From the NCBI GenBank assembly GCA_945877755.1, contig CAMCSP010000001.1, positions 1-52,457 on the forward strand: a stretch of 52,457 bases of DNA, read 5' to 3'. Within the stretch, counting starts at the first letter, position 1; every line of letters begins with the position of its first letter. The stretch comes from Rickettsia typhi (GTDB taxonomy: Bacteria > Pseudomonadota > Alphaproteobacteria > Rickettsiales > JABSSG01). Positions 12,154 through 21,109 of this stretch are shown here, one piece after another. The notes beneath the pieces were generated by a model. That model did no database searches, had not been told where the DNA came from, and was given only the letters and a program-made list of their open reading frames with translations. Position numbers and translations under genes: made by a program.

Positions 12154-13119
12154 ATGATAACTCATCTCAAGCGCATAAGCGCCATTATTTTTTCAACTTT
12201 TTTGTTTATTAATTTAGCCAGTGCTGACTTGCCTAAGAAGGTAGCAATTAGTCAAATAGTTGCTCATCCAACGTTAGATAAGGTTAGGCTAGGCATTATA
12301 GCTGGTTTAAAAGAAGCAGGATTCAATGATCATAAGAATATAATTATTGATTATCAAAATGCTAATGGCAGCGTGGTTCTTGCTAGTCAAATTGCCAAAA
12401 AATTTGTTAGTGAAAATAATGATATTATTATAGCGATTACTACGCCTTCAGCACAAACAGTTGCTAGTGTCGCACATTCTGTTAAGAGTGATATTCCTAT
12501 TATTTTTGCTACTGTTACTGACCCAGTTAAAGCTAAGTTAGTTTCTTCTTTTGAATATCCTGGTGGTAATATAACAGGAACCAGTAATCCTTCTGCGATA
12601 GCTCAACAGCTAGCTTTAGTAAAGAAATTTTTACCAGACATCAAGTCTTTGGGTCTGGTTATTAATTTTAGTGAAGTCAATTCTGTAGAATTATTATCCC
12701 AAGTAAAGCAAGAGTCTAAGAAGTCTAATATTGAAGTGGTAGTTGTTGCGGCTAATTCTTCTTCTGATGTTAGTTCGGCAGCAAAAAGTTTGGTAGCACA
12801 AGTTCAAGCAGTGTTTTTATTGCAAGATAATACTGTAGCTTCAGCATTGCCAAGCTTAATGAAAGTTATGAGTAAGAATAATATACCAGTGTTTGCAACT
12901 TTTACAGAGGCAATAGACCAAGGGGCATTAGCTGCTATGGCTTATGACGAATATCAGATTGGAATTCAAACAGGCAAGATGGCAGCAAAAGTCTTGAATG
13001 GCACTAAGCCTGAGGATATTCCAGTCGAGTCTCCGATAAAGTTAGATTTGGTTGTCAATAAGAAAGTAGCACGGGCACTAAATTTAAAAATTCCTTTAAT
13101 GCACGGATTTAGAAATTAA
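12154..13119 (+). CDS. ABC-transporter substrate-binding protein (ABC_sub_bind / BMP-like family), orphan
   Basis: ATG at 12154 with an AAGGA Shine-Dalgarno. Signal peptide MITHLKRISAIIFSTFLFINLASA. Pattern KKVAISQIVAHPTLD...IAITTPSAQ...IPIIFATVTDP...FLLQDNTV is typical of the periplasmic-binding fold of that family. The track start at 12079 looks like an upstream over-extension. Confidence 0.7.
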   Translation: MITHLKRISAIIFSTFLFINLASADLPKKVAISQIVAHPTLDKVRLGIIAGLKEAGFNDHKNIIIDYQNANGSVVLASQIAKKFVSENNDIIIAITTPSAQTVASVAHSVKSDIPIIFATVTDPVKAKLVSSFEYPGGNITGTSNPSAIAQQLALVKKFLPDIKSLGLVINFSEVNSVELLSQVKQESKKSNIEVVVVAANSSSDVSSAAKSLVAQVQAVFLLQDNTVASALPSLMKVMSKNNIPVFATFTEAIDQGALAAMAYDEYQIGIQTGKMAAKVLNGTKPEDIPVESPIKLDLVVNKKVARALNLKIPLMHGFRN

Positions 13120-13120
13120 G

Positions 13121-14425
13121 TTAAACTTGGAGTTTTGAAAGTAATATGCTAGCTTTCAATCCTCCAAGTTTACTCTTTGATAGCACGATATTGCCACCAT
13201 GTCTGAGGATGATATCTTGAGAGATTGAAAGACCAAGGCCAATTCCTCCTGTTGCTTGATTTCGTGAATGTTCAATGCGATAAAATGGCTGAAATACTTT
13301 CTGACGCTCTTGTTTTGCAATGCCTGGGCCGTTATCCTCAATATCTATTATTATAAAACTTTCTTTTTCATAAAGATTTATTTCAATTTTATCTGCAAAA
13401 CGAGAGGCATTGTCAATAAGATTTTGGATCGCTCTTTTAAATGCACTTACTCTCGCATTAAAGCTGATTTGTTCTTTATTAATAACAGCGATTTTTACAT
13501 TTGAATGTTTGTATTTAACAACCATTTCTCTCAATAGATTACCCAAATCTATTTTAGTAGTATGATAAGAGTCTTCTCCTCTAGCAAAATCAAGATAGTC
13601 GTTAATGATATTTTCCATGTCTTGAATATCATGATTAATTTCTTGAAGGGCTTCACTTTGCTTCATTATAGCTAATTGTAATTTGATGCGCGTAATTGGA
13701 GTACGTAAGTCATGAGAAACACCTGCCAGCATTTCAGTTCTTTGTTTTATTTGATTCTCAATACGTTGTTTCATTTCTAGAAATGCTAAGCCAACTTTTC
13801 TTACTTCAATTGCTCCTTCTGGTTTAAAACTCTCAATTGATAAGCCAGTACCAAATTTTTCGGCAGCGACACTTAGTTTTGTAATTGAGCGTATTTGATT
13901 CTTAGAGAATATAATACTAAAGACCAGTAAAACCGATGTTATTCCTAGCATCCATAAGATGAAGATGTATTTAGTTGGAGTATAAAGTCTACTGCGTGGC
14001 ACTTCAAAAAATAATATACCATCTTCTATTTGTACCTGAATTTGTATTTCTTTATTATTTTTGTCATATCGTAACCTTAAAGGATTATCTAGGTTATTTT
14101 GTAAATTCTTTTGTAAGATTTTTAATTCACCGCTTAAAGATGATTGGTTTATAGAGATTTTTTTGCCTTTATAAAAAACATATTTCAAATTAGTATAAGT
14201 TCTTAGTTTTTTGATATCCTTTTCATTAAGTTTCTTATGCAGCTCTGATATGAATGAGATTTCTCCTGCTAGAGAGTATAGCATTGAGTTACTTACGTTA
14301 TCCCAGTGGCGATGGTAAAAAATATAAGTCGAAATTAATTGTGCTAGTATTGTTGGTATAATTATAATCAACAGCATTCTAGAGAGTAGAGTGCTTGGCA
14401 TAAAATTTTTGATAGTATTTCTCAT
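13121..14425 (-). CDS. EnvZ-type sensor histidine kinase
   Basis: 434 aa. Two TM segments flank a periplasmic loop of about 130 aa, followed by a HAMP-like linker. H-box GVSHDLRTPITRI, N-box LIDNASRF, G-boxes DNGPGI and GGIGLGLSI. Confidence 0.85.
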   Translation of the reverse strand: MRNTIKNFMPSTLLSRMLLIIIIPTILAQLISTYIFYHRHWDNVSNSMLYSLAGEISFISELHKKLNEKDIKKLRTYTNLKYVFYKGKKISINQSSLSGELKILQKNLQNNLDNPLRLRYDKNNKEIQIQVQIEDGILFFEVPRSRLYTPTKYIFILWMLGITSVLLVFSIIFSKNQIRSITKLSVAAEKFGTGLSIESFKPEGAIEVRKVGLAFLEMKQRIENQIKQRTEMLAGVSHDLRTPITRIKLQLAIMKQSEALQEINHDIQDMENIINDYLDFARGEDSYHTTKIDLGNLLREMVVKYKHSNVKIAVINKEQISFNARVSAFKRAIQNLIDNASRFADKIEINLYEKESFIIIDIEDNGPGIAKQERQKVFQPFYRIEHSRNQATGGIGLGLSISQDIILRHGGNIVLSKSKLGGLKASILLSKLQV

Positions 14426-15114
14426 GATTTAGTTCCAAATAATATATAACCCTGTCCACGGATAGTTTGAATAAACTTAGGTTTTTTTTGGTCTGATTCT
14501 ATTTTAGTGCGTAGCCTAGTTATTTGCACATCAATAGAACGTTCATTTATATTGCCACATAACTTAGCAAGTTCTTGTCTATTAATTGCTATCCCTAAAT
14601 TATCGATTAAAATATTGAGTAGCTTAGATTCACCGGAGCTTAGGACTATATGTATGTCATTTTTGCTTAAGGTATTATTTGCAACATCATATTCTGTTTG
14701 TCCGAAGTAAATAATGCAATTATTAAGCATTTTTTTTAGATGCTTGGTTCTGTTGATTAATTTTTCTATTCTGATTAATAGTTCACGAGGCTCAAAAGGT
14801 TTGGCTATATAATCATCTGCTCCAGATTTTAATCCTGCTATACGTTCTTCCACATCTCCCATTGCTGTAAGCATTAAAATTGCGACATTGGAAGTTTGGC
14901 GTAAAATTTGGGCAAACTCAATACCAGTTTCATTTGGCATCATTATATCAAGAATTATTAAGTCTATATTAAATGTTGCTAATAACTCTCGTGCTTGTGT
15001 TGTATCTTTAGCTATAGAAACAACATATTGATGGCCTATAAGATAGGTTTGGAGTAAGTTCCTGATCCTATTATCATCGTCTACTATCAGTATATGAGCC
15101 TTATCTATAGTCAT
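14422..15114 (-). CDS. OmpR-family response regulator
   Basis: 230 aa. Receiver motifs ILIVDDD, LIILDIMMP and KPF, plus a C-terminal winged helix (IQTIRGQGYILF). 4-nt overlap with the kinase gene. Confidence 0.9.
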   Translation of the reverse strand: MTIDKAHILIVDDDNRIRNLLQTYLIGHQYVVSIAKDTTQARELLATFNIDLIILDIMMPNETGIEFAQILRQTSNVAILMLTAMGDVEERIAGLKSGADDYIAKPFEPRELLIRIEKLINRTKHLKKMLNNCIIYFGQTEYDVANNTLSKNDIHIVLSSGESKLLNILIDNLGIAINRQELAKLCGNINERSIDVQITRLRTKIESDQKKPKFIQTIRGQGYILFGTKS

Positions 15115-15188
15115 ATGAATTCTTTACAATTAATGGTACTTACATTATATTCAATTACAATCATTATCACAATATCAGAGCTATATAA

Positions 15189-16070
15189 ATGAAAACAGTG
15201 CCATTTGATAAACGTGAAGGCTATATTTGGTTCGATGGCAAATTTGTGCTATGGCCCGAAGCTAAAATTCATGTTATGACTCACGGTTTAAACTATGCTA
15301 GCTGTGTTTTTGAAGGCGAAAGATTATATAATAATGTAATATTTAAATCTCATATACATACCAAAAGATTGGAGCAATCTGCTCATTTATTAGGGTTTAA
15401 GTTACCTTTTGATGCTGAAACAATTAATAGGGCAAAAGATGAATTGGTGAAAAAGCAAAACATAACCGAGGGCTACATGAAGATGATGGCATGGCGTGGA
15501 AGTGAGCAAATGACAATTGCTGCTCCTAATAGCTCTATCCATATTATGATTGCGCTTTGGTCATTACCATCATATTATCGAAAAGAAGTAGTAGAAAAAG
15601 GTTTATCTTTAACAATATCAGATTGGATCCGACCACCTTCAAACTCAATGCCAACTAATAGTAAAGCTGCATGTGGGTATGTGATTAATACTCTTTCGAA
15701 GCATGCTGCTTCAGATCAGGGTTTTGATGATGCATTAATGCTTGATTATCGAGGATTTATTGCTGAGGGGACTAGCGCTAATTTCTTTATGGTGGTTAAT
15801 GGTGAATTACATACACCAATTCCTGATTGTTTTTTAAATGGAATTACCAGACAAACTGTAATTGAGCTAGCTAAAAAGCGCGGTATCAAGGTTGTAGAAC
15901 GCCATATCGAAGCATCAGAGCTTGTTAATGCAACAGAAGCTTTTTTAACTGGTACAGCTAGTGAAATTACCCCAGTAAAAAATATCAAAGATTATAATTT
16001 TTCTTGCGGAGAAATTACGAAAAGTTTAATGAGTGACTATAGAGAGTTGGTTAGTAACTGGAGTAATTAG
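15189..16070 (+). CDS. ilvE: class IV (branched-chain amino acid) aminotransferase
   Basis: 293 aa. Fold-type IV PLP signatures (VFEGERLY, EGTSANFFMV, LNGITRQ, TGTASEITPV). Confidence 0.75.
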   Translation: MKTVPFDKREGYIWFDGKFVLWPEAKIHVMTHGLNYASCVFEGERLYNNVIFKSHIHTKRLEQSAHLLGFKLPFDAETINRAKDELVKKQNITEGYMKMMAWRGSEQMTIAAPNSSIHIMIALWSLPSYYRKEVVEKGLSLTISDWIRPPSNSMPTNSKAACGYVINTLSKHAASDQGFDDALMLDYRGFIAEGTSANFFMVVNGELHTPIPDCFLNGITRQTVIELAKKRGIKVVERHIEASELVNATEAFLTGTASEITPVKNIKDYNFSCGEITKSLMSDYRELVSNWSN

Positions 16071-17311
16071 ATCCAGGTAGGTATAGTTTCTGATTTTATT
16101 AAATCTTCATATGAAGGTCGATCTTTGATTACAGCAAATTTCATATCTTGAGCCATAACTTCTGGAATTAGTAAGCGTGAATTATAAATCGAAGACATAA
16201 CTGCTCCATAAGCACCAGCATCTTTAAAAGCAACTAAATCACCTGAATTTAGACTTGGCATTATTTTATCCTTAGAAAACACATCTGATGTTTCACAAAC
16301 TGGGCCAACAACATCATATTTTGCGGTGGTAGTGTTAGGGGATAAAGGAATTATGTTATGGTATGCATCATATAGACTTTGTCTAAGAATATCATTCATG
16401 CCTGCGTCAATAATTGCAAAAGTTTTTTCCTTGGTTTCTTTTATATATAATACGCTAGAAACTAATATTCCCATATTTGCAACAATTGAACGTCCTGGTT
16501 CAATAATAAGTTTATAGTTTGAGTTATGAAATAATTTTTTAACTAGTGCGGCATATTCAGTTATTTTTGGCGGGTTTTCCTGATGATATCTAACGCCTAG
16601 TCCTCCTCCTAAATCGAGATACTCTATTTTACAACCATGTGATTTTAGCATTTCTGCTGTTTTAAGGATGATTTGGTAAGCTTCTTGGTACGGTTCAAGA
16701 CTTGTAATTTGAGAACCTATATGGATTGACAACCCCTGTAAATTTATATTATTGAGGCTTTCTAGGGACTTTACAATTTCTGTTAGTTCATTTATATCTA
16801 TGCCAAATTTATTGCATTTTAGACCGGTATTAATTTTATAATGGGTTTTTCCATCAACATTGGCATTAATTCTTATAGCAACGTTTGCGATTTTATTTTG
16901 TACACTAGCGGTTTCGTTTAATAGCAATAATTCCGGAATAGATTCTACGTTGAATTGCATAATATTTTTTGAAAGTGCATATGACAATTCTTCTTTTGTT
17001 TTGCCTACTCCTGAGAAAACAATATGTTCAGCAGGAATACTTGCAGCAATTGCTTTCCGAATTTCTCCTTCTGAAACGCAATCAGCTCCGGCACCTAATT
17101 TACCTAGAGCGTGCAATACACCGAGATTAGAGTTTGACTTAACAGCAAAGCATATTAAAATATTTTGACCTGCAAATGCATTTTTATAATTAAGAAAATT
17201 TTCTTTTAGTTGTGTAGCTGAATAAAGATAAAATGGTGTGTGAATCTGTTTAGCGATATCTGCTATATTTACTTGGTCTATATATAGTGCGTTATTTTTA
17301 TAATGGAACAT
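16067..17311 (-). CDS. lysA: diaminopimelate decarboxylase
   Basis: 414 aa. PLP Lys region FAVKSNSN, HIGSQ, LDLGGGLGV, EPGRSIV and CETSD motifs. Confidence 0.9.
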   Translation of the reverse strand: MFHYKNNALYIDQVNIADIAKQIHTPFYLYSATQLKENFLNYKNAFAGQNILICFAVKSNSNLGVLHALGKLGAGADCVSEGEIRKAIAASIPAEHIVFSGVGKTKEELSYALSKNIMQFNVESIPELLLLNETASVQNKIANVAIRINANVDGKTHYKINTGLKCNKFGIDINELTEIVKSLESLNNINLQGLSIHIGSQITSLEPYQEAYQIILKTAEMLKSHGCKIEYLDLGGGLGVRYHQENPPKITEYAALVKKLFHNSNYKLIIEPGRSIVANMGILVSSVLYIKETKEKTFAIIDAGMNDILRQSLYDAYHNIIPLSPNTTTAKYDVVGPVCETSDVFSKDKIMPSLNSGDLVAFKDAGAYGAVMSSIYNSRLLIPEVMAQDMKFAVIKDRPSYEDLIKSETIPTWI

Positions 17312-17423
17312 GATATTTAAATGATTTTTCTTCGGGTGGCAATTTTAATGGCCCAACTTTACCACAACCAGCACATAAAATAGCAACTAAATATAATAGA
17401 ATTATCAATATAAATTTGTCCAT
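17298..17423 (-). CDS. LptM/YifL-like small lipoprotein (41 aa, absent from the ORF track)
   Basis: Hand translation gives MDKFILIILLYLVAILCAGCGKVGPLKLPPEEKSFKYHVPL*. Hydrophobic signal plus the GCG-K-GPL-LPP motif of the small lipoprotein family commonly found upstream of lysA/dapF. Overlaps the lysA start by 14 nt. Confidence 0.55.
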   Translation of the reverse strand: MDKFILIILLYLVAILCAGCGKVGPLKLPPEEKSFKYHVPL

Positions 17424-17522
17424 ATGAATCTGATTTTACAAGTGAAATAAGCTTTATTGTCTTTAGGATTAATCTATTGTATTATTCTTATCTAAATAAT
17501 ATATTAAAAAAAAATTTTAGCA

Positions 17523-18305
17523 ATGCCGCAATCTTTAAAGACAATATTATTGTTTTTTATTTTGGTCATTTGTATGAATAATGCAAATAGCCAGTCTGTG
17601 GTTATTGATGAGTATCTTCCAAGTCCTATCCCTGAAGTTGAGTTTTATGACATTGGTGGTAAAAATTATAATTTTGAAAAATTTGAAGGAAATGTACTTT
17701 TGCTGCATTTCTGGGCAACATGGTGTATGAATTGCACGCAAGAGATGAAAGCCCTGGATCAATTACAGAAAGCTTTACGCAAAGAATCTATTATTATTTT
17801 GCCTATTTCAGAAGACTTTAAAGGGGCGGAAGCAGTGAAGGATTTTTATAAGAAGCATAAGATTAGAAATTTACTAAGTTTTGTTGATGATAATAATGAA
17901 TTATTTAGCGCTTTTGGAGCAACTAATTTACCTACATCTTTTATTATCGATACAGAAGGAAAAAATGTTGTTAGGATAGTTGGTGCTGCTGATTGGCAAA
18001 GCCGGCAAATGATTGAGTTACTCAAATCATATGTTCATCCTAGAGAGTCAATGAATGCAGATTATATTAATGTATTAAAGGAGCAAAATGGTTGGCAAGA
18101 AAGCGAATCAGCTAATAAATCAAAAGAAGTTAAAGATGAAATTCCTGCTGAGGCAATTACTAATATAGGTCCAGCTGAAAATAAGGAAGGTAGTGATGGA
18201 AGCCATTTCACCAACATTCATGGTGATCAATTTTCATTAAAAGTAAAACGACCAGTTAATTCTGCTATAATAACGCAAGATAAAGAGGAAAAAACAGATG
18301 ATTAA
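17523..18305 (+). CDS. TlpA/ResA-family periplasmic thiol:disulfide oxidoreductase with an acidic C-terminal extension
   Basis: Signal peptide, then a thioredoxin fold with the WATWCMNCTQE active site and the NLPTSFIIDTEGK cis-Pro region. The last 90 aa or so are low-complexity and acidic. Confidence 0.7.
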   Translation: MPQSLKTILLFFILVICMNNANSQSVVIDEYLPSPIPEVEFYDIGGKNYNFEKFEGNVLLLHFWATWCMNCTQEMKALDQLQKALRKESIIILPISEDFKGAEAVKDFYKKHKIRNLLSFVDDNNELFSAFGATNLPTSFIIDTEGKNVVRIVGAADWQSRQMIELLKSYVHPRESMNADYINVLKEQNGWQESESANKSKEVKDEIPAEAITNIGPAENKEGSDGSHFTNIHGDQFSLKVKRPVNSAIITQDKEEKTDD

Positions 18306-19179
18306 TAGCATATATAAGCTAATTACTGTAATTTTTGGTATTAAAATGCTTAGAAAACTTAAGAAGCTTTTTACTAATAAATTGCCAACTATAGCAGTCA
18401 TAAATCTATATGGTGTCATTAGTAGTGGTAAAAGTTTTAATAAATCTACTTTGAGTCTAGATTCAATTAAATCTAATATAGATAAAGCTTTTGAGTTACC
18501 CCAGTTAAAAGCAGTGGCTCTAGCCATTAATTCTCCAGGTGGATCACCTGTTCAAACAGAGCTAATTTATAAATATATTCGTCGTTTAGCTACTGAAAAA
18601 AAGATTAGTATTTATAGTTTTGCTGAGGATGTCGCAGCATCAGGAGGATACTGGCTTGCTTGCGTCGGAGATGAAATATACGCATCATCAAGTTCTATTA
18701 TTGGCAGTATAGGTGTTATTAGTTCTGGTTTTGGCTTTGTAGATGTTATTAAGAAGATTGGTATTGAGCGCAGAATTTATACTCAAGGTGAAAATAAATC
18801 AGTTTTAGATCCGTTCAAGCCTGAAAAGCAGTCTGATATAAAAATAATACATGGAATTCAACACGATATTCATGATAACTTTAAATCTGTAATATTAGAA
18901 CGTCGCAAGGGTCATTTAAAAGCAAATCACAATCTATTATTTAATGGTGAATTCTGGAGTGGTAAAAAGGCTAAGGAACTTGGTTTAATAGATGAAATTG
19001 GCGATCTATATACTGTAATTAATCAAAAATTTGATAATAGATGCAATATAGTAAAAGTGGGCAGTGAAGGTTCTTGGCTTAAGAAGAAATTAGGCATAAA
19101 TCTTAGTGTTAACGATTTTATTGATAGTGCGGCTGCAAAAGTTGAAGAAAAGATTATTCTTAATAGATTTGGTCTCTAA
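18298..19179 (+). CDS. sppA: S49-family signal peptide peptidase (SppA 36K/SohB type)
   Basis: 293 aa. INSPGGSPVQ and AASGGYWLAC motifs. AGAGGA Shine-Dalgarno upstream. Overlaps the tlpA-like stop. Confidence 0.75.
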   Translation: MINSIYKLITVIFGIKMLRKLKKLFTNKLPTIAVINLYGVISSGKSFNKSTLSLDSIKSNIDKAFELPQLKAVALAINSPGGSPVQTELIYKYIRRLATEKKISIYSFAEDVAASGGYWLACVGDEIYASSSSIIGSIGVISSGFGFVDVIKKIGIERRIYTQGENKSVLDPFKPEKQSDIKIIHGIQHDIHDNFKSVILERRKGHLKANHNLLFNGEFWSGKKAKELGLIDEIGDLYTVINQKFDNRCNIVKVGSEGSWLKKKLGINLSVNDFIDSAAAKVEEKIILNRFGL

Positions 19180-19183
19180 TTTT

Positions 19184-20365
19184 ATGTTTGATGTTGTTAT
19201 AGTAGGTGGGGGTTTAAATGGCATAACGTTGGCCAGTATGCTAGCTAACAGAAGTCTGAAGATTTTACTCATTGATCAAAATAAAATTTCTGACAGGCTT
19301 GGGGCAAAACAAGATGGCCGTGGCATAGCCGTTGCAAGGTTTAGTAAAGAAATCTTAGAAAATCACGGTATTTGGAAGCATTTCAAAGTAGATCATGGTA
19401 CTATTAATAAGATTATTGTTGCTGATGGTACGGAGCCATTTTTATTAAAATTGGATAATGATTTAGTTGGCGGCGATCCCCTTGGCTATATTATAGAACA
19501 TGATGATCTGTTGCAGCAATTTTATGCATATGCAACTAAATGTAAAAATCTTACTATCCTTGACGATACTAAATTATTGGATTTTGTATTTGCACAAGGC
19601 TTTGTTAAATTAAATTTAAATAAAAAGAAAAACATAAAATCTAAATTACTTGTTGCTGCTGATGGTAAGAATTCTTCTATAAAACAACAATTAAACATTG
19701 AAAGCTCAACATTTGATTATAATCAAAGTGCTCTAGTTTTTACAGTTAAACATGAGAAGAAGCATAATAATGTTGCATATGAACATTTTTATAAAGCTGG
19801 TCCTTTTGCACTGTTGCCATTACAAGATCAGCATAAATCATCTGTGGTGTGGACTGAAAGTAGTGATTCCGCAAAAATCTATGCAAAAATGTCAAAAGAT
19901 GAAATTAGCTATTTTATTCAGCAAAAATGTCAATTAACTCATGGAAAAATAGAAATCGCTAGTAAGATTTTTTCTTACCCTCTGAGTCTAGTTTTTGCAC
20001 ATAAATACTATGAGCAGCGCGCTGTTTTATTAGGAGATAGCTTGCATTTTATTCACCCAATTGCTGGACAAGGGTTTAACCTTAGTTTACGTGATATTGA
20101 TAATTTGGCAAATTTGATTATTGAATATAATGATTTGGGTTTAGATATTGGTTCTGATGATCTTTTAAGCAAATTTACCAGGGGCAGGAAATTTGATAAT
20201 TATATGATGATAGTATTTACAGATATCTTGAATCGTAGCTTTTCTAATAACATTAAAGTTTTATCTTGTTTAAGAAAACTAGGTCTTAGTCTTATTGGTA
20301 TATGGCCATTTTGGAAGAAATTTCTTATGGGCTATGCTTGGACAAAGAAGTCTAAATCTCTGTAA
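19184..20365 (+). CDS. UbiH/UbiF/Coq6-family FAD-dependent ubiquinone hydroxylase
   Basis: Start moved to the ATG at 19184, which gives the N-terminal FAD fold MFDVVIVGGGLNG. Also LLVAADGKNSSIK and GDSLHFIHPIAGQGFNLSLRD motifs. The track start at 19106 overlaps sppA. Confidence 0.8.
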   Translation: MFDVVIVGGGLNGITLASMLANRSLKILLIDQNKISDRLGAKQDGRGIAVARFSKEILENHGIWKHFKVDHGTINKIIVADGTEPFLLKLDNDLVGGDPLGYIIEHDDLLQQFYAYATKCKNLTILDDTKLLDFVFAQGFVKLNLNKKKNIKSKLLVAADGKNSSIKQQLNIESSTFDYNQSALVFTVKHEKKHNNVAYEHFYKAGPFALLPLQDQHKSSVVWTESSDSAKIYAKMSKDEISYFIQQKCQLTHGKIEIASKIFSYPLSLVFAHKYYEQRAVLLGDSLHFIHPIAGQGFNLSLRDIDNLANLIIEYNDLGLDIGSDDLLSKFTRGRKFDNYMMIVFTDILNRSFSNNIKVLSCLRKLGLSLIGIWPFWKKFLMGYAWTKKSKSL

Positions 20366-20969
20366 AAGGTATATTGTCTACATCTACCAACTTCCAAGTT
20401 GGATCAGACGCTTTCAAATTTTTTTTAAAAACCCATTGGGTTTTTAAATTCTCTATTTTATTTTGGTGACCAAAGATAATTTTTTGTTTTTGATCCATAA
20501 TGTTTAAAATGGTTTCTGCAATAAAATTGACTTTGATTTTAGCATCATTATTAATAATTTTTATATCTTCTATAGTAGCAGAGTTAATTTTTAATACATT
20601 AATTTCAGCTTGTTGCTTTAGATTTTCTCTAGAAACCACCTGATTAACAAACTTCTTCATCATTTCAATATCAAGTAGATCTGAGAGTACTCTTGTACTT
20701 CCTTGTGCGTATGCTTCTAAGATAATTTTGAAGGCGGATTTAGCATTTTCTAAAAAGGCTTCTTCATCGTAACTTGGGTCTATTAGCTTTAATTGATCTT
20801 TGGGTGTAAGAGTTTTATCTATTACAACAGTTGCAGAATGATTTTGGTTATCATCAGTGAATTTAGTATAAGATCTATTTTGGTCTTTTTGACCCAAGAT
20901 CGAAACTAATTTAAATACTAATGCTAATGCAATCAGTGCAAATAAAACTATATCTGAATAATTGTTCAT
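20352..20969 (-). CDS. Tim44-like domain protein
   Basis: 205 aa. One N-terminal TM followed by an alpha+beta domain of about 150 aa ending in WVFKKNL...DPTWKLVDV, as in alphaproteobacterial Tim44 homologues. Confidence 0.55.
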   Translation of the reverse strand: MNNYSDIVLFALIALALVFKLVSILGQKDQNRSYTKFTDDNQNHSATVVIDKTLTPKDQLKLIDPSYDEEAFLENAKSAFKIILEAYAQGSTRVLSDLLDIEMMKKFVNQVVSRENLKQQAEINVLKINSATIEDIKIINNDAKIKVNFIAETILNIMDQKQKIIFGHQNKIENLKTQWVFKKNLKASDPTWKLVDVDNIPFTEI

Positions 20970-21047
20970 ATTTAAGTGTAATTAAATTATTTGATACTAT
21001 TATAGCATGAAACTAAAAAATAGCATTTGTTTTTAATATCAAGCGCA

Positions 21048-21076
21048 TTGATTATTTGGTCTTTGCCTAATATAAT
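21048..21076 (+). promoter_or_regulatory. sigma70-type promoter candidate (TTGATT-N17-TATAAT)
   Basis: TTGATT 21048-21053, 17-nt spacer, TATAAT 21071-21076, 34 nt upstream of the phosphomannomutase ATG (which has a GGAGAA Shine-Dalgarno). Confidence 0.45.
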
Positions 21077-21109
21077 GTTCCATATTATTACGAATTAGGA
21101 GAATATATA

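Noticed and set aside
11935-12165. 76-aa minus-strand ORF
   Set aside because: It overlaps the predicted promoter and start of the substrate-binding protein gene, has no Shine-Dalgarno and no recognisable family. At most it carries part of the decayed IS-like sequence reported separately.
19106-19183. N-terminal 26-codon extension of the UbiH-like ORF (and similar extensions at 12079-12153, 27341-27379, 40294-40302)
   Set aside because: The extensions overlap upstream genes or precede a much better start: the FAD-binding motif or signal peptide begins at the internal Met, which has a Shine-Dalgarno.
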